Of a stretch of 64,000 nt of DNA, positions 50,758 to 64,000 are shown piece after piece; the first letter of the stretch is position 1, and each line of letters opens with the position of its first letter. Source of the stretch: Octopus vulgaris. Taxonomy: Eukaryota. Below the pieces are notes generated by a model. The model saw only the letters and a list, made by a program, of their open reading frames with translations, did not search any database and was not told the origin of the DNA. Position numbers and translations under genes: made by a program. Where the stretch lies: positions 130,076,001 to 130,140,000 of the forward strand of contig OX597816.1 in assembly GCA_951406725.2 (NCBI GenBank), written 5' to 3'.

Positions 50758-51737
50758 GTCACCTAACGATATATATTTGTGGGGTTACATTTAATGCAAT
50801 ATAAATATCTGTGGCATGAACTGTAACAGATGCCTACTTCTTCAAAAATTTCACAACAAGCACTTTCATAATGTGACCATCTTCAATTAATGTTTTTCCT
50901 CTGAAATATAGATACCATTTGTGTCATGATATTCAGTTCACAACATTAGAAAAGTCTCCCTAAAAGTTTTCTTTCCCAATTTGAAACAAAATTTCACGCA
51001 AACATGGTCTCCAAAATTTTCCAACTTGTGACAGTCAAGTTTACTAACATACAGTTACTAATATATCTAGATTAATGACTGACAAGGCATGATTTGGTTA
51101 TTATTAGACCGAAGGTCAAGGTTACCCAAATATAGAACATGCTGCCCTAGCTGATTGGCATATTGAAATAACTGGCTAGTCTATAAAATGTTTATTATGC
51201 TCACAATCAGTTTAACTGTTTCTACAAAATTACATTCACATATTATTTTAGCATTTATCATTTATCTGTACTGCATGTAAACACTAGCACAAACATTTTA
51301 CCTTATCACAGCAGCCACGTGTTCAGCTCAGATCTGCTCAGTTTTTCTCATAAATTAACATAGTAGAACTAAGCTGAGTTAATTCCTTTCCTGTCAGTAC
51401 AGATCATCTGTAGTTACTACTCATGTTTCATTGCTTCAAACACATGCCTCATAGAGCCTGTCCTTTGTATGGAGAAAGAGAAACCTTTCAAGAAAGAGAG
51501 GTGGCATTTCTAAAGGAGAGTTAGTCCTGAACATGAGTGGAATTTTTTCAAGGAGTGTTGTAAAGAGAAGACAGCTGTTAATAAAATTAATCAGGAGTAC
51601 AATATGTTGCCCATTCCTTTATCGTATCTTCATCATATTAGGTATAACATCAAGTTTACTAGGAAATATAAGGCTACAAAACCTTCCATTAAGAGAAAAA
51701 ATTTTACATATATGTCAGCATGGAAAACGGATTTTAA

Positions 51738-51958
51738 CCCTTTAGCATTTAAACCGTCCATATCCGGCCAAAAGTATTCTACCTGTTTTATGTCCAGACT
51801 GGCCAGATTTGGTCTCTCACACCAACCCTACAATATCGTTTTAAAAATTAACAGCTACCTCATGAAAATCTCATAGCACCAAGATAATGCCTGATTAGTT
51901 CAAGGCAATGTGGATAAAAAAGGATTAATTTTGGCAGAATAATGCAAACACTAAAGGG
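51738..51958. mobile_element. piggyBac-like MITE
   Basis: TTAA|CCCTTTAGCATTT ... AAACACTAAAGGG|TTAA; inverted homolog of 12066-12279. Confidence 0.82.
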
Positions 51959-53046
51959 TTAAATGATGATAATGTATAACATAATAAATATTTTCTATTT
52001 ACCATGTGTTTGCATGTGTGTAAACTAACATAGAAGTTAATTAAAACTATTTAATTTTGAAAGCAAATTGTTTTTAGTGTTCTCTGCTGATGTGTAGTGG
52101 CAAAATTGTCTAAGCAATGTATAAAGCAACTGAAATTTTAAATATCGAGGTTAAATTGAAAGAGAATCATGGAAAAATGGCACATATGAAATTAATGAAA
52201 CCTAACTAAATCTAAAATTCAACATAAAATATTCTCTACAGCTTCTCCACAATCTGCTGGTGTGGCTCTCTTCAAGATATAATTACACACCATGCAGTTA
52301 AAAAAAAGAAAGTTATGAATTTAGTCGTTATTCATTTTACCCCGCTTTAGACTTTTGAAAATTATCAAATTAGTGTGGGAAAAAATTGACTTGGAATCCA
52401 ACAGAGAAAATAATATTGATTGTTAAACACCAAAAATTATCTAGATATCTTTTTAGCAACCTGGATTACTATCAGGCCAAAGTTGAAGAAAACTTTACCT
52501 GTCACTTGGCTATGTTTCAAACTCTCTCAACTTCAACAACAATGCTGATCAATTTTTACTCCCAAAGATGATGCAATACTTGCAATGTGATTGTTTCAAA
52601 CAGGCAGAGAGAAAATAAGATGTCAGAGATTACTCATTTGGTCCCAGTTACCGATTTTGCCCCACCTCCCCAATACATTTGATATATATTTTCCTACCAA
52701 ATGGTGGGGAGGAGAGTCTAGCAATATATTACAAAATGTTATTATACCTAATAATGGTACAATAAAGGAATGGGCAAGGTGTTGTACTGATGAGTGAGGG
52801 GTCATTCATTAGTTCATAATTCTGACATTGCTGTGACAAGCACAAGGTACAGAGCATCTCTTGCAGTAAAAAAATAGAGTGCCAAACTACTAAAAACTGT
52901 TGGTTTACCATAGAGGATTCAAACTTTTGTATATGAGAATGAACACTGAAAATGTTATCCAATTAAGTTCCTAGAGCAATATGAAATATATTTCATATGG
53001 ACAAAAATACAACCAAAACAAATCTATCTAAAAATGAAAAATAAAA

Positions 53047-53203
53047 GGAGTGGCTGTGTGGTAAGTAGCTTGCTAACCAGCCACATGGTTCCGGGTTCAA
53101 TCCCACTGCGTGGCATCTTGGGCAAGTGTCTTCTGCTATAGCCCCGGGCTGACCAATGCCTTGTGAGTGGATTTGGTAGACGGAAACTGAAAGAAGCCTG
53201 TCG

Positions 53204-53234
<31 letters not shown>

Positions 53235-53427
53235 CTGTGTTTGTCCCCCTAGCATTGCTTGACAAGCGATGCTGATGTGTTTATGTCCCCGTCACTTAGC
53301 GGTTCGACAAAAGAGACCGATAGAATAAGTACTGGGCTTACAAAGAATAAGTCCCGGGGTCGAGTTGCTCGACTAAAGGTGGTGCTCCAGCATGGCCGCA
53401 GTCAAATGACTGAAACAAGTAAAAGAG
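53047..53427 (+). mobile_element. tRNA-derived SINE, near full length
   Basis: Near-identical to the reverse complement of 931-1320. Confidence 0.9.
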
Positions 53428-53827
53428 TATACGAAATGTGCTTCAATAATATGCAGTGCTCAGTTTAAATCTTAAGAGTGTAACTTAGAAAAGAAAGTAA
53501 CCTATTGTAACTTAATTTAGGTGCCTGTCATTGCTATATCAGCAATTTGTCAAAAGCGAAGTCAACCATCTTTTGTCAAAACAAATCATTGAACTATCTC
53601 ATTCTCTAGAGGGTGTAAGTCTTAGTCACCAGTGATGAATCACACAAAAGACGAATGGTAATCAATTATAGCCAGACAATCAGTTGTTACTATTCAACAC
53701 CTACCCTGTGCCACATATCAATGAACTGGTCAAGAAAATATGATATGAGATATTCACTACTTTTGATCTTAAGAGTGCTTATCATCAGTTCCTTATATGC
53801 AAAGTTGAGAAAAACCCTTAAGCCACT

Positions 53828-54200
53828 ATGCACCTGCAATATGAGCTGGATGAAATATACAAGTGGGCTGAAAAGAATAGCATGCAGTTTAATGCTGAAA
53901 AGTTTCAAGCTTTGTGCTATCAGCATGCAAAACTAAATGCAATACCCAATAAATACACTGGACCTGGAGGGATTGCAATCCCAGAAGTACAATCAGTGCG
54001 AGATCTGGGCATTTACATGAGTAATGATGCAACATTTCATGTGCATGCTGCCAAACTGGCAATGAAATGTAGGCGGCTGACCGGATGGATTCTTAGAATA
54101 AGAGACCAGGAAACCATGATGGTCCTCTGGAGGACACTTGTCCTAAGCCTCTTTGACTATTGCTCTCAGCTATAGTCACCAACCAGTGTCAAATTAATCT
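53828..54200 (+). mobile_element. CR1/L2-type LINE RT fragment
   Basis: LQYELDEIYKWAEKNSMQFNAEKF, VRDLGIYMS and LFDYCSQL*SP, typical of the RT end of CR1/L2-group elements. Confidence 0.8.
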
Positions 54201-54212
54201 CAGAAGACTGCA

Positions 54213-55078
54213 CTAGGCTGATCTGGCAAAGTTTCTACAGCTTGATGCCCTTCCTTATGCCAACTACTGAGTGTAGTGGGTGATGTTTACGTGCCACTGA
54301 CAGGTGGGCCATTCAGGTGGTACTGGCATCAACCACGCTCAAATGGTCTTTTTACATGCCAGTGGCACAGGAGCCAGTCAGGCAGCAGTGGCAACAACCA
54401 TGCTCAAATGGTGTTTTTTTACCTGCTACCGGCACAGGAGTCAGTCAGGCAACGATCATGCTTGAACGGTACTTTTTACATGCCACCGGTATGGGAGCTA
54501 GTTAGGCAGCACGGGCAACAATCACGCTTGAATGGTGCTTTTAATGTGCCACTGCCAGTACTGTGCCAATCCGACAGTACTGTCATCGGCCATGATAACG
54601 ATTTCACTCGCCTCAACAGGTCTTCGCAAGCGAAATTAATTGCCCAATGATTGAAGGGTACTCTTAAATGGGCTGGTTATGCTGCACTGGCATAGGCCAT
54701 GGTTATGGTCTTACTTGGCTTGCCAGGTCTTCTCAAGCACAACATGTCTCCAAAGGTCTTTGTTACTTGTTATTGCCTCGGTGAGGCCCAATGTTCGAAG
54801 GTCATGCTTCACCACCTCATCCCAGGTCTTCCTGGGTCTACCTCTTCCACAGGTTCCCTCAACTGCTAGGGTGTGACACTTTTTCACACAGCTATCTTCA
54901 GCCATTTACAACACATGACCATACCAGTGCAGTCATCTCTCTTGCATACCACATCTGATACTTCTTAAGTTCAACTTTTCTCTCAGGGCACTTACACTCT
55001 TGTGTATGCACACTGACATTACACATCCAGCAGAGCATACTGGCTTCATTCCTTGCAAGCTTACGCATGTCCTCAGCT
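54213..55078 (-). mobile_element. RTE LINE 3' fragment
   Basis: ARNEASMLCWMCNVSV and GTCGRGRPRKTWDEVVKHDLRTLGL, plus about five 3'UTR repeat units. Confidence 0.87.
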
Positions 55079-55222
55079 TGCAAGGAATTAAGCCAGTATG
55101 CCAGTATACTCAGCTGGAGCATATGTATGTATGTATATATGTGTGTATATATTATATCCACATACACCTACATATACGCATATCTACAGACATATACAAT
55201 TACATATATTTACACACACACT

Positions 55223-55255
<33 letters not shown>

Positions 55256-56112
55256 CAGGATGTGGTGGATATATTGTCATCTAAATTATGCCAAAAAACA
55301 ACACTGACATCTCATTTTAACAGATATATTTACCAAAATTACATTAAAATATCTTGAAATACTAAAGAGCAATTTTATTCAATGTAAATCACCACTGGCT
55401 TCAACTACAGCCTGCAAAAGACTTAAAAGTCTCCTGCAACTCTTCTGAACAGTCTCCTTGTTTAAGTCAGTGAATGCTGCCATAATCCTTGCCTTCAGTC
55501 CACCCTTGGTGTTACAAAGAGTTTTCTTGGTCTCACTCAACTGCACTTCACATATAATAATGAAGTGGCCAGATGTTAGAGGTGATATGGTTACAGAAAT
55601 TGTCTGACAACTATGACTGGGTTCTTCTGCTTGTGTGACATGGTGCAGAGTCCTGTTGCCAGACATAGGGTCTTCTAGCAGCCACGCTCTTGACCTAGGG
55701 CAGCACTACCTCTTCCAGGCACTTGATGTACGTCTCCATATTGAGTCTCAGGCTGTGTGGGAAGATGAATGGAGGCATAATGTTGCCATGACTAATGGAG
55801 GCATAATGTCACCAAACATCATGATGTTGACTGGCTGTTTGATTTTTATCACCCTTGGTACATGTTTTGGGAACACGCCAAGCCAATGGTTATTCTGTTT
55901 TTACCATCTGTTCATACAGGAGCTTCTGAAGCAAATGCCATCCAGTATAGCATATTGTTTCCAAATTTCTGGCAGAGTGAATTGCATCATGGTGCTGTTT
56001 TTCGCACAGACAGTGCCCAACTGACCCTACTATACTGTTAACAAAATCAAAAACAATGCACTTGCACGAAATTAAAAATATAAAATGGCAACAATTTACC
56101 TACTGCACCCTG
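55256..56112 (-). mobile_element. Deleted Tc1/mariner (maT-like) transposon
   Basis: TA-flanked imperfect TIRs CAGGATGTGGTGGATATATTGTC / GCAACAATTTACCTACTGCACCCTG; decayed transposase (WQQDSAPCHTSRRTQS; LQAVVEASGD). Confidence 0.75.
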
Positions 56113-56642
56113 TATATATAAGGTAATACACTAGTACTCAACTATGAGTGTATTGCATCTTATAGCAGAAACAACAGTAAGCTAATGAAGTCTGTAATAT
56201 ATATATATATGGTGGAAATTAACTCATGATTTAAGACTACTTCCTAAACTCAATAAGTCCTTGCAAATGCTCCAAGAGTCCAAGAAGTTCCTGTATGTGA
56301 ATCTGTTGAGTGGATAAATTGTTGCTCTGTACTGAACCCACTTTTTAATGCAATCAAGGACACAACAGAGGTTGAGGCTACTAGAAACTAACTACATTTC
56401 AGGTTTTTTTTTTTTTTTTTTTATACAAGTTCTCCATCTTGAAGGAAGTTCTAACAAGAACTAGGGTTCCTTCATTCCGAGTGGTTCACATGCTAGTTAA
56501 CCCGTAGCTGGGATCCTGACAGGTGCTACTACTTCGGGTCAGAGTAGGCCATTACTGGCAAATAGGTGGTTCCACACTCCTCAAAGGCCTGGAACTCTCG
56601 TACTAGGGCCCCACTACCGAATGCAGTTTTAAGTCATACCCA

Positions 56643-56645
<3 letters not shown>

Positions 56646-56730
<85 letters not shown>
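56646..56730. repeat. (TA)n microsatellite
   Basis: About 42 perfect TA units. Confidence 0.95.
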
Positions 56731-56732
<2 letters not shown>

Positions 56733-58727
56733 GCATACACACATGCGCAAGCATACACATACATAGACAAGCACACATACACAATATTTAGATAAGTTTA
56801 AACTGTAGTCCAACTTAACACAAACAAGTTGGTTGTAGATGACTTTAGCGGAATCCCCTATGTTGTAAAAACATTCGGACCATAACTGATTTGAAGATTA
56901 CTTCATCCCATCAGTCACGAAAGCCCTGAAAAATGTAATGGACACTGCTCTTCGTTATCTGACTAATATCCATTGAATAGAAATTAAATAATTATGAGAG
57001 CACAAAAATATAGTGCTCTTGGCAAGCTGACAAAAAACTTTAACTCGTATGGGTTACCCCATAAACAAATGCACATTTTTACCTTTTTTTCGTCCGAATT
57101 CAAAAGTCAGCTTTGACTAAGTAATAACAGTACCAGTTATATACTAGGTCAATTCTACAGTCTAAATTCTTTCATTGTGGCCTTATGCTAATATGAAATA
57201 TCGATCTAGGAAAAAAGCCAATGATTACATAAACATGGCATCACCATGCAAATACGTGAATATGATTAAAAAAATATATCTACATGTGCAAAAGCTAATT
57301 TGACAAAATAAACAGGAGGTAGAATGTCAGTGACCAGGTCTTAGATGTACGATAAAAATAATTATATTGTTTTTACAAAATAATAACGTAAAATGTGATA
57401 ACTTTGTGTCTAATAAATGACTATATGATGCAACGGTAATTTGACAAAGTTTTGTTTCATATAATGTGAGCAACTAACGAAAGTCAGGATGATAAATAAA
57501 TGACTCAATTTGGTGCCATGAATACTTATGTTTTGTTGTGAATGGCTTGTGCTGTTTTGATTCATTGACAGTAATACAATTATGTAATGAACATTACTTA
57601 GAGATATACTCATTTCTAGAAATTGCTTCGTAAAACACTTATCACTCGTAAATTAATTTTGATCGAATATTATAAGAGTTCTGCAAAGTTTGGAACACAT
57701 CAAAACAAATTGCAGCTAAAAAAAATCAACTTATTAACACATTAGTTTTTGGTATACTAATAAAACAGTAGGCCAGTGTTTTTATTTGCATAAATAGACA
57801 CAAACAACACATTGCTATGGATGATAACGTGTTCGAGAAAATTTCGCCTTACATACACGCATGCATGTGTGACTGACTGTATATGAATTATTTTGAATGG
57901 AGTATGAACGTGAACACAAACGTTATTCATACTTTCGTGGAGGTGTTTAACTAAAAGATTTTTTTTTAAATCAAAAACATTGAGCGAAATATTTTCTACA
58001 GTAGAATACTAACGTTTATTTTATAGCTTGTTCAAATAAGTAAAAAGTATAATTTATTCGCCAAAGCTTTAGCGAAACACTCAGTTCTTTTCATCCAAAA
58101 AATAACTCCAGTTCAAAAATAATTCAAGGAAATAGTCGGGAAAATATTGCCTGCAGATTTTAGGATAAATAATTCTATAATATTGGTTTATTTTTAAAAT
58201 CCTACAGTTAGTAGTAAAAAAAAAAAACACGAGTCGAGTAGACAAACAAGCTTAGCAACATGTAATTTAGCCCCAGGCCTACATGATTCATCAAACTTAT
58301 GACCAAAGGTATTTCAGCAATAAGCATCCCATCTTTTCTTTCCAGGTATCATATATCTAATTCTGCCTGATTTAACGTAGTCAATATTAAAGACAGTATG
58401 GCATGGTTTAAAGGAAAGTTGGTCGCTATCTCAAGCACCAAATAGAGTGGGGTCACTAAACATGCTGTTGGCAACAGAATCAGGAAGAAACACGTCAGAT
58501 TAATTACTAGATAGCTATATACAAATGTTACTAATGTTCTTTTCGTTTTTTATCACATCTGTTAAAGCTTGTGTGATAGGCCTTGAGTTCAAATGTTTCG
58601 ATGTTCATATCTCATCTTCCCGAAATAGCGAGAACGTGTATTTAAATATGTGCGTTTACATAACATTGTTCAATATATATATATACATATACGCGTGCGT
58701 TTGGGTGTACAAACAAGAACAAGTAAA

Positions 58728-60437
<1,710 letters not shown>

Positions 60438-60615
60438 GCTTTTTCAAAGAGTATAAAGTGCTAGCAACAAAGTGCCAGTAAGTACAAGACAATATAAACA
60501 TGTTTGTTATTCATAGCAAAATGCTGCAAAGGACAAGAATTTCAGATGGCCAGATTTTAAATATAAATAAAACACGAATTATTTTGGAATTATGTCTCAG
60601 AAGAAATACACATAC

Positions 60616-60659
<44 letters not shown>

Positions 60660-60686
60660 TACACACACACACCAAAAAAAAAAAAA

Positions 60687-60770
60687 TCAGCCAGCAACAG
60701 ATGACAAACTGATGAGCAATCAAGCTACAAGAATAGTCGAAACAGTGGATATTTGCCTTCTCTACCATTT
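60687..60770 (+). repeat. Degenerate hammerhead-like repeat, copy 1 (copy 2 at 61898-61975)
   Basis: CCAGCAACAGATGACAAA-CTGATGA-G...GTC-GAAA-C..TA-TTTGCC; shares CCAGCAACAGATGAC.AAC.GAT.AGC and TAGT.GAAACA with copy 2. Confidence 0.5.
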
Positions 60771-61256
60771 ATATTCACTTGTAAAACAATACATTTATTC
60801 AAAATAAGACGCCATTTTATAGATAATTTCTATTCAGCAAATAAAATATGCATCAGAAAGAAAGTAGCAAAGCAAACAACGAAATGAGTCTGTTTATCAG
60901 CCAACATTTTTTTTTTACCATTATTATTATCATCATCTTGACCTTATCTGCCGCAAATAGCTGACGATACATTGTAGAAGATTCATTTGAAATGACAATT
61001 CACTGTTGAATCTATTTCTTTATGCCGCCAAAAACAAAATGAGCTAATATAAATTAATAGTTATGACGACGGAACTGCGACTCAAATCATATGAATAAAT
61101 ATCATGTACATGATATTTTTTTGTACAGTATGTTAGAACAGAAACACTATATTACTGGTCAGCGACGTTAAACGCTGGCGAGCAAGTCTAGCTTCAAGAA
61201 TGTATTTCGCTTCACAGTAGGAAGAAATAAATCGACAAAAAATGTCTATTACTAAC

Positions 61257-61358
61257 CTGTTGTCCAAGCTGGTTGGTCCCAGTGGCAGGAGGCATTAATC
61301 CTATCTGAATATTATCATGTTTTTTCGAGCCCGTCTCAAATTCAACAGAGAGCGCCAT
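61257..61358 (-). CDS. MEIOC: MEIOC coding exon 1 (ATG)
   Basis: ATG at 61358, 34 open codons MALSVEFETGSKKHDNIQIGLMPPATGTNQLGQQ, donor CAG|gttagt in phase 0 matching exon 2; locally CpG-richer; total CDS 2736 nt (911 aa), a plausible MEIOC size. Confidence 0.7.
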
Positions 61359-61372
61359 TGATGTTTGCTCAT
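61301..61372 (-). promoter_or_regulatory. Candidate out-of-frame upstream ORF overlapping the MEIOC start
   Basis: GGAACCATGA 14 nt upstream of the main ATG; encodes MSKHQWRSLLNLRRARKNMIIFR*. Confidence 0.45.
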
Positions 61373-62121
61373 GGTTCCTGTATGCTAATCAGCTGTTCCA
61401 AAATATAGCTAGGCCCCTCTGCAAAATGGTTTTCGTTTTCTTTTTTTTCTTTCTACTGTTTCTTTTTCTTCTATTTTTTTTCCTAAGGGAAATAATCAGA
61501 ATGATTAGTGGAAAAACTAACGGAACATTCTGACAATCGTCAAATAATCTTAAGTATATATATATGTATATATATATATAATTTGGTATTATTTACAAAT
61601 GGGTGTTTAATAAATTTAATCTGTTATAAAGTTTCTAGTATATTTCAAGAGGCATTCCTTTTTCTTCACTCATTTCAAATCACAGTGAAGCTACATTTAA
61701 TAAAGCTTACACTCTTTACGTGTAAATTTAATAATTTAATAAACGGACGTTTTAAAGTTGTTTGTATTTTGATGAAAAAATGTTATACTCTATAGATAAC
61801 ATTTTTCTGTGTTGCATGGATTCACAGAACCACATACTATGTCTAGCAGTAGACTTGTGGTTCAAGTTGTACCTCATTTGGTTTTATTTCCAAGAAGTCA
61901 ACCAGCAACAGATGACGAACAGATAAGCCACCAAAATATAACAGTAGTTGAAACACAGGTCATTTTCTTTTTACACTATAGGAATGAGGAAATATAATTC
62001 TTACACAGAAGTAATCCAACTATGAATTTCATGTCCCATTTTACTTGTTGACAGAGTCCATAAAAGTTCACCTCATAGGTTTTCTTTTATCTACCTTAAG
62101 CTGTTATTTATTTTCTGTCTC

Positions 62122-62186
62122 CTACTTACCCAGCTATCTACTTACCCAGCTATCTACTTACCCAGCTATCTACTTACCCAGCTATC
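62122..62186. repeat. 16-bp tandem repeat x4 (CTACTTACCCAGCTAT)
   Basis: Four perfect consecutive units. Confidence 0.92.
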
Positions 62187-62530
62187 AGTTCTTATTTATG
62201 CTTTCTCTATGTATCTCTTCCTTGGTTACAAAAAACAATTACTTCAGGACATCTTTATTTGTAGCAATATCAACAATTACTTCAGGACATTTTTATATAT
62301 ATCAGTATCAACAATTACTTCAGCACATCTTTATATATATATCAGTATCCTACATATATGTACCAGTATATGAATAAGTAACTTGTTTATTTATATATTT
62401 TCATTAAATATTTGAAGCAACACAATTGTCTCTGCCATACACTACCAATACTAATGTCAAGTGGAACTTTTTAAAACTCTTTTGTGCTTACATCATATAT
62501 CCACTACCTATTACTCTTAAACCACTGACC

Positions 62531-62594
<64 letters not shown>

Positions 62595-62599
<5 letters not shown>

Positions 62600-62787
62600 C
62601 AGTTTATGGGGTTACCCTGGGTTTCACATCCATTAAGTGCTTAGCTTTACAGCATTTCTTAAGACCCTAAACCCATTTGCCTATGGTCTCACTAGCCATA
62701 GGCCAATGGATTTAAAGTCTGAAGAAATGCTGTAAAGCTAAGCAGTTTATGGATGTGAAACCCAGGGTAACCCCATAAACCAGCCAT
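62595..62787. repeat. ~190 bp near-perfect palindrome, each arm carrying a hammerhead motif
   Basis: GTTTATGGGGTTACCCTGGGTTTCACATCCAT... / ...ATGGATGTGAAACCCAGGGTAACCCCATAAAC with a 7-nt loop at 62688-62694. Confidence 0.9.
62708..62781 (+). ncRNA. Type I hammerhead ribozyme-like motif (stem I weakened)
   Basis: TTTAAAGT-CTGAAGA-[stem II]-GAAA-CCCAGG-GTA|ACCCCATAAA. The mirror arm on - has stem I GTTTAGGGT/ACCC..TAAAC intact but core CTTAAGA. Confidence 0.62.
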
Positions 62788-63266
62788 ATCTTTATCTATA
62801 CTCTACTGCTTTATAACTTAGATTGTGCTTCTTTTTGGGATTTATGATTTACTAACAATATATATATATAGAGCAATGCATTTGGGGCTGTATAGAATAG
62901 TGAGGTGAAATACTTCAGTCAAGTGAACTTATTCGTGCAATTAGCTGATAAAAACTCCCTTGAAGTATGTCTAAAATTTTTAAATGATGCACAAAGAATG
63001 ACATGTAATGACCATATATAAGAACCAATTTTAGCAGCATTTAGTAGAGAAGGCATGTAGTTCTTGAGTGAGAAGTTCACCAAGTATTAAAATCAATGTA
63101 TACTGATGCATTGTTCTAATGATTGAAAAGGAACAATATTAATTGCTTACTAAGATGGCCAGTTATTTATCTGATTATTATGTTAGTTGTTACAATATAG
63201 AAAATACTTCATCAAGTTGTTGTGTGTACACAAATTGTTTGTTATTACAGTAGACAAATTGTCTCT

Positions 63267-63456
63267 CTGTGCAGGTGGCAAGTAAAAAGCACCCACTACA
63301 CTCACGGAGTGGTTGGCGTTAGGAAGGGCATCCAGCTGTAGAAACAGTGCCAGATAAGACTGGAGCCTGGTGCAGCCTTCTGGCTTCCCAGATCCCCGGT
63401 CGAACCATCCAACCCATGCTAGCATGGAGAACGGACGTTAAACCATGATGATGATG
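63267..63456 (+). mobile_element. RTE LINE 3' terminus
   Basis: Reverse complement of 5577-5762; ends CGGACGTTAAACCATGATGATGATG. Confidence 0.88.
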
Positions 63457-63695
63457 TGTATGTCAGCTTCATCTGTAAGACTACTAGAGAGAGACAAGGC
63501 AGATAGAAACAGTAAGGGTTGCTTTGTCCCTCGCATAAAGGTGTTGCTTCTCCATTGTTATCAGACAGAAGGAAGATAGATGTGTGCTCTTGGAGGTGCT
63601 GAGTTAGCAAAGAGATGAACTGATATATGGTTGTGTATATATTCTTTGTAACAAAATTATATTCTTTGTAACAAAATTAGGTTATGCTAAATACC

Positions 63696-63908
63696 TATTT
63701 CTTTATTACCCACAAGGGGCTAAACATAGAGGGGACAAACAAGGACAGACATAGGTATTAAGTCGATTACATCGATCCCAGTGCATAACTGGTATCCGAA
63801 AGGATGAAAGGTAAAGTCGACCTCAGCGGAATTTGAACTCACAATGTAACAGCAGACGAAATACCGCTAAGCATTTCGCCTGGCGTGCTAACGATTCTGC
63901 CAGCTCGC
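63696..63908 (-). mobile_element. Young SINE (Meta/MESC-like) with 11-bp TSD
   Basis: Homologous to 49515-49744; TSD TGCTAAATACC at 63685-63695 and 63909-63919. Confidence 0.88.
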
Positions 63909-64000
63909 TGCTAAATACCAGTTGAACACTGGGGTTGATGTGATCAACTTGCCCCCTTCCTTGAACTTGCTGGTCTTGTGTCAAATTAGGACAAGCTAAA

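Noticed and set aside
56300-56400. CTGTTGA...GAAAC hammerhead-like spacing
   Set aside because: Core mutated, with no convincing stem III or cleavage triplet.

Overview
AT-rich eukaryotic DNA; the SINE/LINE families and microsatellite load point to an octopus-type (coleoid cephalopod) genome. Two convergent genes were rebuilt by hand from GT-AG sites and reading phases. (1) The last three coding exons of a CENP-L-like gene on + (1813-4774). (2) A complete 8-coding-exon MEIOC gene on - (ATG 61358, TAA 28429; 2736 nt, 911 aa) with the conserved C-terminal coiled-coil domain. Downstream of MEIOC lies an ~11.4 kb stretch with no recognisable transposon, U-rich on the sense strand, ending in AAUAAA + CA + a GU-rich element near 17020: probably a very long alternative 3'UTR. 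An out-of-frame uORF in stronger context overlaps the MEIOC start codon. The intergenic region and introns hold a PHD-finger-bearing RTE LINE abutting a Tx1/L1-like LINE and a DD37E Tc1-like remnant, a non-autonomous Helitron nested in a mariner end, hAT and piggyBac-like MITEs, tRNA-derived SINEs, two tRNA pseudogene candidates (one Val-type with a TAT anticodon) and a 1.7 kb compound microsatellite. The least expected signal is a set of type I hammerhead ribozyme motifs of the Penelope-associated kind inside long inverted repeats (50125-50200, 62708-62781, degenerate pair at 60703 and 61898), in intron 1 and around the 5' end of MEIOC. All homology calls rest on recalled family motifs, not on database searches.
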